Positions 49,988 to 59,136 are shown, counted from the stretch's first letter. The stretch is 64,000 nucleotides of DNA from Candidatus Shapirobacteria bacterium (GCA_018062705.1 JAGORQ010000003.1:2270-66269); one strand, 5' to 3'. Made by a program: numbers and translations. The notes: a model not told the origin generated them from the letters alone.

Positions 49988-50875
49988 TTACAAGTGCGCT
50001 CTGTTTTTTAATAAAAAATAAATTATGATGATGTACCATCCAACTAGCATCATCCAATTAAATTTAATATCTATCACCCCCACCCCACTTCCTCCTACCT
50101 CAATCACCCATCTCAAATACTTTAGTCCAGGTAAAGCCAGCCAAAAAAATATTTTTAACCCAGTCACCATCCCAATTCCTCCAATCACCGTCAAGAATTC
50201 CACTAGTGGTACTACCAACAAATTAGTAGCCACCCCCACCAAACTAATTTTTCCAAAAACTAGAGCTAACACTGGTGTTATCAGTATTGTTACCCACAAA
50301 GAACTAGTTACTGTTTCTATCACCACACCTTTTTTGTTTGATTTTTCGGCTAACAATACTCCTCCAAATGCCAACATTGTCAACCAGAAGCTAACTTGAG
50401 TTAACACCCTAACATCAGCCAAAAACATAATAAAAACCAACAATATAATCGCCCTGCTTTTATTAAATTTTCTCCCTACTAGCTGGGCACCGTATTTTAT
50501 TAATACCAGTAGACCAGCCCTCAACACCGGTATTTGCCACCCCACCAAAGACGTATACTCAACCAACAAAATTAGCCCCAAAATAATTGCCCTCCGTCTT
50601 CCCAAATATTTTGCCCACCACTCGATTGTCATTGTCGCCAACAGCATCACATTTGCTCCCGACACCACTACCAAATGAATTAGCCCACTATTTTGCAACT
50701 CTGTTTTTAGACCAGCACCCGCTTTTCCTAGATCACCCAGTATCATTCCACCTAGTAATCCAGCCTCTTCAAACGGCAGATTTCTCTGAATCACTACCAT
50801 CAAACTATTCTTGTCTACAAACTTGTAGATCAGAAAAACAGCGAGAACTAGTACTAGCCAGCTATTTATTTTCAA
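49988..50875 (-). CDS. comEC: ComEC/Rec2 competence membrane-channel domain protein
   Basis: GLIHLVVVSGANVMLL competence-domain motif, multi-TM. Confidence 0.7.
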   Translation of the reverse strand: MKINSWLVLVLAVFLIYKFVDKNSLMVVIQRNLPFEEAGLLGGMILGDLGKAGAGLKTELQNSGLIHLVVVSGANVMLLATMTIEWWAKYLGRRRAIILGLILLVEYTSLVGWQIPVLRAGLLVLIKYGAQLVGRKFNKSRAIILLVFIMFLADVRVLTQVSFWLTMLAFGGVLLAEKSNKKGVVIETVTSSLWVTILITPVLALVFGKISLVGVATNLLVVPLVEFLTVIGGIGMVTGLKIFFWLALPGLKYLRWVIEVGGSGVGVIDIKFNWMMLVGWYIIIIYFLLKNRAHL

Positions 50876-51410
50876 GGTAATTTTTCCTAATAGAATATAA
50901 CTTCTCAGTCAACCCACCCTCTTGGGCAAATTTCTCAATTTCTACCTTAATTTGTCGATCCAGCAAAAAAGTCACTTGATGGCACAAAGTCAACAGAAAG
51001 TTTGCATCCACTTCGGGCTTTCCTGTCAGCTTAGGTCTTTTTATTAAGTTTCCTAAGTTACCTAAGTTTCTTAAGTTGCTTAATTCATAAGCAAATTGTC
51101 GAAATTTTGTCACCCTAGGATCTGTTTTCTGATAAAGATTTAGTCCTTTTTGCCTCAAAAAATCCTCATAGTCCATTAGCAATTCTTCAAAAGAAGCCTT
51201 CGCCACGCCTAGCAGTTTTATTAGTCCTTTCTTGGAAGTTTGTTCCTGTCCCACTCCCTCCACAATATTTTGTTTACCCGATCTAGCTGCCTGTTCCATC
51301 TGATCGCGAGTTCGCGATTTATAGTCAATATTATTTTCCACAAAATCCATAGTCAAATCATGTATCATTTCGGCATATCGGTAAGATAGTAAGTATTTAA
51401 CTTTATTCAT
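50862..51410 (-). CDS. four-helix-bundle-like protein (23S rRNA IVS protein family-like), between comEA and comEC
   Basis: QNIVEGVG...LLGVAKASFEEL resembles TIGR02436 family; in-frame heptamer insert NLRNLGNLGNL. Confidence 0.4.
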   Translation of the reverse strand: MNKVKYLLSYRYAEMIHDLTMDFVENNIDYKSRTRDQMEQAARSGKQNIVEGVGQEQTSKKGLIKLLGVAKASFEELLMDYEDFLRQKGLNLYQKTDPRVTKFRQFAYELSNLRNLGNLGNLIKRPKLTGKPEVDANFLLTLCHQVTFLLDRQIKVEIEKFAQEGGLTEKLYSIRKNYLENK

Positions 51411-52039
51411 AGTGACAATTTGTCCTTAATCTTTTCAAAAACTTTATCCCCAATTCCCGATACCAGCTTTATCTCCTCAATATTTTTAAATCCCCCATTT
51501 TTCTCCCGATAATCAATAATCCTTTGTGCCAATGCCGGCCCAATTCCTGACAATGTATCCAAATCTTCCACCGTCGCCGTATTTAGGCTAATTATTTCCG
51601 TCTTCACCCCCAATATGTTTGAAGTTGTCGTTTTTTCAATAATTTGGGCTTTAGAGTTTAGAGTTTGGATTTTTTCTGGAATATATATTTTCTCCCCATC
51701 CTTTAGTATCTCCGCCTTATTAATATTCCTCTCCACCCACTCCCTATCCGCCTTGGCAGCTAAACCACCAGCCAGAATCAATGCATCATTAATCCTGCTA
51801 CCTGCGCTTAATTTATAAACTGCTGGTTTGATTACCTCACCAGCCACCTCCACCGTTAATTGGACTATCTTTGTCGGCCCCACTCCGGTTGGAGTAACTT
51901 TTCCTTTTACCAATTCCACTTTTTGACCAGTCTGTTTAAATTTATCAGCCCAACTCATTCCCAAACCAATTACTACCAGTGCCAATCCCAAAATTAGCAA
52001 TCCATCAACCCAGTTTACCTTTCGTAAACTTTCATACAT
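51407..52039 (-). CDS. comEA: competence protein ComEA (TM + SLBB + HhH)
   Basis: C-terminal LNTATVEDLDTLSGIGPALAQRIIDYREKNGGF HhH motif. Confidence 0.8.
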   Translation of the reverse strand: MYESLRKVNWVDGLLILGLALVVIGLGMSWADKFKQTGQKVELVKGKVTPTGVGPTKIVQLTVEVAGEVIKPAVYKLSAGSRINDALILAGGLAAKADREWVERNINKAEILKDGEKIYIPEKIQTLNSKAQIIEKTTTSNILGVKTEIISLNTATVEDLDTLSGIGPALAQRIIDYREKNGGFKNIEEIKLVSGIGDKVFEKIKDKLSL

Positions 52040-52060
52040 AGATTCATCTTACCACTTTCT

Positions 52061-52717
52061 TTGCTACACTTAATTGTGTCAGCTTTTATCATTATTTTCC
52101 TACTTACCTCAACAGCTTTGTTTGGCTTCGGCATTTCCCTAACACCACTTGTTAATTTTACCCCTCAGTTAATTGCTCTAGTCGGCATCCTCTTTGTAGT
52201 TTTTTTTAAAAATAAAAAAATCTATCTATACCTCCTCGCTCTACTAACCAACTTGATTATTTTTTCTACCGGCGGACTCAATTCACCTGCCTTTTTTCTC
52301 ACCTATTTTTCCTTATTTTTAATTGCTTTTCAAAATTTACCCTCAGTCACTCTCGGCTATTCACTGGCACTAATTTTACTTTTATCTCAATCGCTCAACT
52401 CACCTCTATCACTGATCCCTCTTTTATCACTTTTACTCATCACTCCACTTGTTTGGTTCACCGGCCATGAATTTCTTCAAAAAATTAAAACTGAAAAAAC
52501 CATTAGCCAGGACGAAACCGACTTCCTCCTTTGGCTCAATTTAAAGTTCAAAACTGGCATCACCACTATTGCCGACCTCGCCTCCCAAGTCGCCTCCGAC
52601 CCATCACTTTCACACTCCCAAAAAGAAAATCTCAAAAAAATTAAAAGTAGCGCCCACAACCTACTCAATTCCGCCACCAAATTATCCGCCGAAATTAGCG
52701 ATCAGGACAATGAATAA
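52061..52717 (+). CDS. hypothetical polytopic membrane protein (TTG start)
   Basis: Five or more hydrophobic helices; 8-bp overlap with next gene. Confidence 0.4.
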   Translation: MLHLIVSAFIIIFLLTSTALFGFGISLTPLVNFTPQLIALVGILFVVFFKNKKIYLYLLALLTNLIIFSTGGLNSPAFFLTYFSLFLIAFQNLPSVTLGYSLALILLLSQSLNSPLSLIPLLSLLLITPLVWFTGHEFLQKIKTEKTISQDETDFLLWLNLKFKTGITTIADLASQVASDPSLSHSQKENLKKIKSSAHNLLNSATKLSAEISDQDNE

Positions 52718-53474
52718 AAAATTATTTTTCGTTTTATTCTTACTTCTTACATCTTACTTCTTAAATCTTAATGCTCCGCCCGCCAGGGCGCAACATTTCA
52801 CCTCTACTAATTACATCATCGATTGGGGTAATTTTAATATCACCTCTGGTTCCAAAACTTCTACCAGCTTTAACCTCACCGACACCGTTGGCCAAAACGC
52901 TCCTGGTGCCAACACCTCCACCAGCTACACTCTTAAATCGGGCTTTCAGTATATTTACGATACTTTTAATCAATTTTCTTTCCAAATCAGCAGTCTTTCC
53001 ATTCCCCTAGGCACCTTGGTGCCCGGTGTCGGCACTTCTGCCACCAACACCCTCACCATTACTACCCCCTCTGGTCATGGTTACGAAATATACGCCCTCG
53101 AAAATCACCCACTAGCCCTACTCTCCTCTGGCACTACCATTCCCGACACGAAGTGCGACTCCAACACCTGCTCCGAGACTAGTTCTGGTGTCTGGACCAG
53201 TTCTTCAGCTTATGGTTTTGGTTTCAACACACTTGGAACTAATAGTAGTGGTGCGATTACCCACGTCGGCACCTCGGGTATTTTTACCGACTCAACTTAT
53301 TATCGTCAGTTTGCCAATATTCTCGCCGGTGAAACACCTCAGGTTATTATGACGGAAAATTCTCCAGTCAAAAATCGCACCGCCCAAGTTACCTACAAAT
53401 CCCTCATCTCCGGCATTCAATCTGCCGGCGTTTACCAAAACGCAATTACTTTTATTGCTATACCTAAATACTAA
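52710..53474 (+). CDS. secreted protein; signal peptide encoded by CTTAAAT-type heptamer repeats; C-terminal domain shared with 54910-56394
   Basis: ATG at 52710 (track ORF extends upstream to 52569); MNKKLFFVLFLLLTSYFLNLNAPPARA signal; C-term IPDTKCDSNTCS..WTSSSAYGFGFN homologous to 54910 protein. Confidence 0.5.
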   Translation: MNKKLFFVLFLLLTSYFLNLNAPPARAQHFTSTNYIIDWGNFNITSGSKTSTSFNLTDTVGQNAPGANTSTSYTLKSGFQYIYDTFNQFSFQISSLSIPLGTLVPGVGTSATNTLTITTPSGHGYEIYALENHPLALLSSGTTIPDTKCDSNTCSETSSGVWTSSSAYGFGFNTLGTNSSGAITHVGTSGIFTDSTYYRQFANILAGETPQVIMTENSPVKNRTAQVTYKSLISGIQSAGVYQNAITFIAIPKY

Positions 53475-53478
53475 TACA

Positions 53479-53925
53479 TAGATTTAAGAAGTAAGATTTA
53501 AGATTTATGAATAACACAATAAAAAGTTTTACAGATTTATTTTCTTGGAAAGAAAGTCACCAACTAGTATTAATGGTCTACAAACTTTTAAGAAAATTTC
53601 CTCAAGAAGAAAAATATGCGCTTGGTGATCAAATGCGACGAGCCTCAATTTCTATAACCAGTAATATTGCTGAAGGGTTTGGCAGACAATCGATCAAGGA
53701 AAAAATTCAGTTTTACTATTTAGCTCAAGGATCTCTAACTGAAATAAAAAACCAATTAATTACTTCAAGAGACTTGGGTTACATATCTGGTGAAGAATAC
53801 GATCAAATAATCAAACAGGCAGATTTAGCACACCAAATCCTCCAGGGACTAATTACCAAAACTAAATCTTATTTGAAATAATATTTTATTCTTAAATCTT
53901 ACTTCTTAAATCTTAAATCTAAATT
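53479..53925. mobile_element. candidate cassette: 4HB gene bounded by 22-bp perfect inverted repeats (GATTTAAGAAGTAAGATTTAAG ... CTTAAATCTTACTTCTTAAATC)
   Basis: Left IR 53479-53500, right IR about 53888-53909 are exact reverse complements; built from CTTAAAT heptamers. Confidence 0.45.
53507..53881 (+). CDS. four-helix-bundle protein (TIGR02436 / 23S rRNA intervening-sequence protein family)
   Basis: SITSNIAEGFGRQS...FYYLAQGSLTE signature. Confidence 0.8.
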   Translation: MNNTIKSFTDLFSWKESHQLVLMVYKLLRKFPQEEKYALGDQMRRASISITSNIAEGFGRQSIKEKIQFYYLAQGSLTEIKNQLITSRDLGYISGEEYDQIIKQADLAHQILQGLITKTKSYLK

Positions 53926-53975
53926 AAAATATGTTTTTTGTTTTATTCTTAAATCTTACGTCTTAAATCTTAACT

Positions 53976-54854
53976 ATGGATTTTAATCTCACAATCAGTC
54001 CCGCACAAGCCGAATATTTGGTCAAACCCGGCGCGACTATTATTCAGGCCTACACTGCCACCAATAATTCTCAAAACAATTTGATTCTCAAAACCAGTGT
54101 TGAACCCTGGGTCCCCAAAGGCACTGATGGTTCTGTTGATTATCAAAATGCAACTGCCAACTCCGATCTCCAATTTTCATTGGGTAATTCCGACCTGCAA
54201 CTTGGCCAAAATTTTACCCTCAAACCTGGCGAAAAACGCCAGCTCGTTCTCAAAATAAAATCCAACCCCAACTCTGAACCAATCGATTCTTATTACACTT
54301 TTTTCCTCACTCAAGACCAGAGTGGCTCTCTTGGTGGCTCTGATAATCAGGCCCTGGCTCAAGCCAAAATCGGCTCCCATTTGCTTTTATCTTATTCCCC
54401 CACCGAAAATTATCCCGAAACTGCCACCGTCAGCCAACTTAATGTTTTCCCTGGTCTGATCGACACGTTTTTTCCTAAAATTAATATTTCCGGTGAAATT
54501 ACCAACACCTCGACCCACTTTTTCAAAACCGATGGCAAAATCACTGTCACCAAAGGCGGTGCCACTATCAAAGAATTAAAACTCTTTCCTCACAATATTC
54601 TAGCTCAAAATTCCCGATCAATTAATTGTCTTCAAGACAAAGATACTCAAATCGACTGCACCCTCTCCCCACCCTATTGGCCCGGCCTCTACACTGCCAC
54701 CCTCGAGCTCAACTCCCCCATCAAATCCACCCCACTGTCAATTAATTTTTATGTGTTTCCGTATACAGTGGTGGCTTCGATTATTTTTCTAACCTCTATC
54801 GGTTACTTATTACTACGTAAAAAATCAATCAAAAAACAACTTTCTTCCAGTTGA
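53976..54854 (+). CDS. surface protein with C-terminal TM anchor, no signal peptide in current frame
   Basis: Beta-rich ectodomain, C-terminal hydrophobic anchor + KKSIKK; upstream in-frame remnant MFFVLFLNLTS-stop at 53931-53966. Confidence 0.45.
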   Translation: MDFNLTISPAQAEYLVKPGATIIQAYTATNNSQNNLILKTSVEPWVPKGTDGSVDYQNATANSDLQFSLGNSDLQLGQNFTLKPGEKRQLVLKIKSNPNSEPIDSYYTFFLTQDQSGSLGGSDNQALAQAKIGSHLLLSYSPTENYPETATVSQLNVFPGLIDTFFPKINISGEITNTSTHFFKTDGKITVTKGGATIKELKLFPHNILAQNSRSINCLQDKDTQIDCTLSPPYWPGLYTATLELNSPIKSTPLSINFYVFPYTVVASIIFLTSIGYLLLRKKSIKKQLSSS

Positions 54855-54909
54855 CACCTACATCACCACGCTATATCTTTAATTGTATAGAAATATATAC
54901 ACCTAATTA

Positions 54910-56394
54910 ATGAAATCGAGCCTGATAAAACTGGTTGTACTAGCAATTTTAATGTCCGGTGTTTATTTGGCTATTCATCCAAAAAAATTAGTCTCTGCCC
55001 CACCCACTAACGTCAAGGACGTTTTGAGCAATTCTCAACTGTCCTACTTTGGCCGTCTAGGAGTTGGCAATAGTCAAGGTTCGTCCATTCTTACCATCAA
55101 TCTTGATTCTGGCACTCAACCAAACATCACTACTAACAACCTATTCGTCGGCGACACCATTGCTATTGGTACTACTGGCGCTGGTGCTGGTTCTACCGGT
55201 CCTACCACCAAATACATCGTCAAAGACATTGCCAATACTGGCGTTTTCCAAATCAACACCGGCCTGGGTCAAAGCAACACCTTTGTTGGTGCAGCCATTA
55301 TCGCCACCCGCTCAGCTATTCACACGATCACCTTTACTCCTCAATCAAATTCAACCGGCGGTTTTTGGCAGTTTTTGATCAAAGCCACCAGTCGTGCTGG
55401 AGAGGAATATAACGACGGCACACCCGACCAACAAGGCTTCGATTTAGGTCAAGATGTTGGCGGCACCACAGTAGGTTTGGGTACACGACTTAAGGTTACC
55501 GACGTCACTTGTCCCAACTGGGGTATAGGTACTACTACTGCTTATAGTGTTGGCACCACCGCAGTGGTTGATGGCAGTTCTTACCATGTCATCACCTGTT
55601 CGCTTGGAGTTGGTGGTACCAATCAAGTTGGTGTCGGCTACTCAGCCTCTATCGGACGCGACCTCGCCACCGGTAGTCAGCTAATTAACCCATCGGCTGC
55701 CAACGCCCACACTGAAGGTAACGCCGATGTCTACACTTTCTATCTGCGTCATTTAGATAATTCCCAAACATTAATTTCCTCTGACACTCTTCAAGGAAAA
55801 ATTGCTGTTGTCGAAGCTGTTCGTGTTACTGCCACTGTCGACCCGACTCTTACCTTCACTATCGACGCTACCGGCGTTGGTGTTGGTGCCACCCCTTGTG
55901 GTTTAAGTGCTTTTGGCGCCCCAGCCGGCAATACCACCGCCACAGCAGTTTCTTATGGATCACTCGCCCTCGGATCTGCCAACGATTTGGCCCAACGTCT
56001 CTCTTGTGTTACCAACTCAGACGGTGGTTATGTTGTCACTGCTTATGAAGATTCACCGATGCGTAATATTGCCGATGGTACCACTATTCCCAACACTGAT
56101 TGCGGTGGTAATGGTTGCACTGCCTCAGGAGTTGGAACTAGCTGGACTACTTATACTGCCTCCGGCTGGGGCTATACCATGCACAATATCAATGTTACTA
56201 ACCCAATTTTTAGTTATGGCAATTACCGTCCTTTCGGCAGCGGTTCCAGCAACGCCCAAGAAATAATGAAAAATACCGGTGTGCCTACCGCCACTGAACG
56301 AGCCTATATCTGCTACCGTCTAACTGCTTCCACTACTCAACAAGCTGGTAATTATGAGAGTAAACTTGTTTACACTGCCACTTCTACCTTCTAA
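54910..56394 (+). CDS. secreted Thr/Gly-rich protein
   Basis: Signal peptide, C-terminal Cys-containing domain shared with 52710 protein. Confidence 0.5.
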   Translation: MKSSLIKLVVLAILMSGVYLAIHPKKLVSAPPTNVKDVLSNSQLSYFGRLGVGNSQGSSILTINLDSGTQPNITTNNLFVGDTIAIGTTGAGAGSTGPTTKYIVKDIANTGVFQINTGLGQSNTFVGAAIIATRSAIHTITFTPQSNSTGGFWQFLIKATSRAGEEYNDGTPDQQGFDLGQDVGGTTVGLGTRLKVTDVTCPNWGIGTTTAYSVGTTAVVDGSSYHVITCSLGVGGTNQVGVGYSASIGRDLATGSQLINPSAANAHTEGNADVYTFYLRHLDNSQTLISSDTLQGKIAVVEAVRVTATVDPTLTFTIDATGVGVGATPCGLSAFGAPAGNTTATAVSYGSLALGSANDLAQRLSCVTNSDGGYVVTAYEDSPMRNIADGTTIPNTDCGGNGCTASGVGTSWTTYTASGWGYTMHNINVTNPIFSYGNYRPFGSGSSNAQEIMKNTGVPTATERAYICYRLTASTTQQAGNYESKLVYTATSTF

Positions 56395-56454
56395 ACTAAA
56401 TTTACAAATCACAAATCTACAATTTCCAAACAATTACCAATTACCAAATCACAA

Positions 56455-57471
56455 ATGAAACATATTAGTCAAAATAAAAAAAATATTGGAACTTGGAAAT
56501 TGTTATTTGTATTTTGTTTGGAATTTGTTTTTTGGAATTTGAAATTTACTCAAACGGTCAACGCGCAGAGCGCATTGGGTTTGAGCGCCATTCCTCCCCG
56601 CCTCGAGCTCACAGTCAAACCTGGTGAAGTAGTCACCAAAGAAATTAAAATTAGAAACGAATCAAAGAATGTAAGAAGCATTACAGTATCTGCTCGTGAT
56701 TTTATCGTCACCGACGATGCCGGCACCCCCATTCAAATTGAAGGAGATTCAACCCAAAATCGTTGGGCATCCAGCAATTGGATTAGTGTCTCCCCCTCTT
56801 CTTTTCGCCTTGATCCCGGTGAAACAAAATCATTAATGTTGACTGTCATTGCTCCAGAAGAAGCTCTTCCTGGTGGACACTATGCCATGGTACTTCACAG
56901 TCCCAAAAATGAGGCTGTTTTAAACGACACCGGCTCTGTCATTCAAACCAATGTTGGCACCCTCGTGTACATCACCGTGCCGGGAGATATTACTGAAAAA
57001 GCCCTAGTCAAAGATTTTACCGCCCCCAAATTTTCCGAATATGGACCTGTCGACTTTAAAACCAATATCACCAATTTGTCAGATATTCATATTGCCCCAA
57101 TTGGTAGTGTTGACATCAAAAACCTATTTGGTGGTCGTACCGCTTCGCTCCCTCTATCCAATACCAACATCTTTCCCCAAACCAGTCGCGAGTTCACCAA
57201 CACTCTAGCTCGCAAATGGTTGTTTGGTCGTTACGCCGCCACCCTCAATGCTGGCTATGGCACCACTGGCCAAGCCCTGACTGCCACCATATTCTTCTGG
57301 GTAATTCCCTGGAGACTAATTACTCTCGCTTTAGTAGCCTTAGCGTTAATTGTCACCATCTTTATTCTGGTCCGTCAGCGTCAAACTCCCCCTCCAGAAT
57401 CAACCGACACTCAGGTTGAAGAGCTTGAAAAAGAACTCGCCAAATTAAAACAAAAATATAAAGACCGCTAG
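56455..57471 (+). CDS. cell-surface protein, DUF916/DUF3324-like with C-terminal TM anchor
   Basis: Signal peptide, LELTVKPGEVVTKEIKIRNES... pattern, C-terminal TM + charged tail. Confidence 0.4.
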   Translation: MKHISQNKKNIGTWKLLFVFCLEFVFWNLKFTQTVNAQSALGLSAIPPRLELTVKPGEVVTKEIKIRNESKNVRSITVSARDFIVTDDAGTPIQIEGDSTQNRWASSNWISVSPSSFRLDPGETKSLMLTVIAPEEALPGGHYAMVLHSPKNEAVLNDTGSVIQTNVGTLVYITVPGDITEKALVKDFTAPKFSEYGPVDFKTNITNLSDIHIAPIGSVDIKNLFGGRTASLPLSNTNIFPQTSREFTNTLARKWLFGRYAATLNAGYGTTGQALTATIFFWVIPWRLITLALVALALIVTIFILVRQRQTPPPESTDTQVEELEKELAKLKQKYKDR

Positions 57472-57483
57472 AAAAGTAGATTT

Positions 57484-58293
57484 ATGATTTTCGTCGTCCT
57501 GGTCTTATTCTTAAATCTTAAATCTTACTTCTTAAATCCTTTTCCTCTCCAGGCTATCGCTTCTTCTTCACAGAAATCTGTCGCCATATCCGCCTCTATT
57601 GGCATCAATCGAGTCACCATTCATGGCTACACTTCACCCAACAGTCGAGTCGAATTAAATTCGCCTCGGGTTTTTGCTGTTACTTACAGCAATGATACCG
57701 GAGAGTTTGTCTTTGATAAAACCATACTTCCCAAAAACCCTTCAGATCTTTGCCTGACTTCGATTAATGTGGCCCAAATTCGCACCACTCCAGTGTGTAT
57801 CCCCCCACCTCCATCTACCAACTACCACACCAATATTGGCCCCATATTACTACCTCCTACAGTTGCCCTCGACACCTCGACTATTAAACCAAACAGTACA
57901 GCAATTATTAGTGTTCTAGCCATCCCCAACTCAACAGTAGACATTTATTTCTTTCAAAACTCTCACCACGCCTCAATTTTTCCTTCAGCCCTAGCTTTCT
58001 CTCTCCCCAAAATATCCACCACCACTTCAGCAGACGGCACCTACTCACTTAGTTTACCTACCACTTATTCTAGTGATTATCGAGTTTACGCTAGCGTTTT
58101 TTATCAAGAATTTGCTTCTCCCAAATCAAACACCCTCCTCTACAAACTCCCTTCTCTCTGGTATCTTTTTTGGATAGCCAATCAATATCAAATAATCAGT
58201 TTTATATTTTTAACCTTAATTATCGGTATAATTATCTATTTGATATATTCAAAACAGTATGGACCAAAACCCAGATCAACAGTATCAAAATAG
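57484..58293 (+). CDS. surface protein with heptamer-encoded signal peptide and C-terminal TM anchor
   Basis: MIFVVLVLFLNLKSYFLN signal from CTTAAAT repeats; C-terminal TM. Confidence 0.45.
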   Translation: MIFVVLVLFLNLKSYFLNPFPLQAIASSSQKSVAISASIGINRVTIHGYTSPNSRVELNSPRVFAVTYSNDTGEFVFDKTILPKNPSDLCLTSINVAQIRTTPVCIPPPPSTNYHTNIGPILLPPTVALDTSTIKPNSTAIISVLAIPNSTVDIYFFQNSHHASIFPSALAFSLPKISTTTSADGTYSLSLPTTYSSDYRVYASVFYQEFASPKSNTLLYKLPSLWYLFWIANQYQIISFIFLTLIIGIIIYLIYSKQYGPKPRSTVSK

Positions 58294-58711
58294 ACACAAT
58301 AGTAACAATGGTCTCTACATCCTAATCTTTCTTTTGGTTGCTTTGTTTTTTTCACTTTTATTAGTTTTTCGTACCACAGTCTTCTTTGGTAAAGCCACTT
58401 CATCCAATTCTTCTCCTATTGTCCTTGAAAATTCATACCTTTTCGCCTCACCACTCCAAGCGCTTGCCGACAATCAAGAGCAAATTCGCATCACCGCTTT
58501 TTTGCTAGACGGTCGAGGCCTGGGTGTTGGCAACCAAAAAGTTGACTTGATCTACCCCCAATCACTTCAAATGAACCCTGTTCAACCTTACACTGATGAA
58601 ACTGGTAAGGCTGTGTTTGACCTTCACACTCCAACGACCGGCACCTATTTTATAGAAGCCTCGGTTAACAACAAAAAAATCCCTCAAAAAATAAAGCTAA
58701 TATTTTATTAG
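58259..58711 (+). CDS. membrane-anchored Ig-like (Big-like) domain protein
   Basis: N-terminal TM; ITAFLLDGRGLGVGNQKV...DETGKAVFDL...GTYFIEASV pattern. Confidence 0.4.
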   Translation: MDQNPDQQYQNRHNSNNGLYILIFLLVALFFSLLLVFRTTVFFGKATSSNSSPIVLENSYLFASPLQALADNQEQIRITAFLLDGRGLGVGNQKVDLIYPQSLQMNPVQPYTDETGKAVFDLHTPTTGTYFIEASVNNKKIPQKIKLIFY

Positions 58712-59136
58712 TTTCTAAAAGTAACCCTTACTTCTCTTGCTAATGGAACGCCAGCCACCTGAGCTGTTAATGTAAACTGTCCCTCTACTTTTGATACCAC
58801 CTCAAAAACAACCTTACCTTCACTATTTGTAATCGGCGATTTTGATTTAATACCCTCTATCCCACCCATAGAGACTAGCTTTCCTGGAATACCCTTACCA
58901 CTGGCATCCAGGACAAAAACATTTACCAAACATTTGTCAGTGCCATCAGCCCGGGCTAATATTTTCTCACCCAAAACGTAAGAGCTCTTCACCGACACTG
59001 TTTGAGATGGTGCAGCCTTGGTAAAAGTGACCAAAGTTCGTGGCACCAACACAGTCGCCACATAATATATCAACACCAAACCTGCTACAGCAGAAAATCC
59101 AATCAAATAAGTTTTGGTTGTTGGCTTCATAGCCAA
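58708..59136 (-). CDS. membrane-anchored Ig-like domain protein, paralog of 58259-58711, convergent and overlapping 4 bp
   Basis: VFVLDASGKGIPGKLV...NSEGKVVFEV...GQFTLTAQV. Confidence 0.4.
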   Translation of the reverse strand: MAMKPTTKTYLIGFSAVAGLVLIYYVATVLVPRTLVTFTKAAPSQTVSVKSSYVLGEKILARADGTDKCLVNVFVLDASGKGIPGKLVSMGGIEGIKSKSPITNSEGKVVFEVVSKVEGQFTLTAQVAGVPLAREVRVTFRN

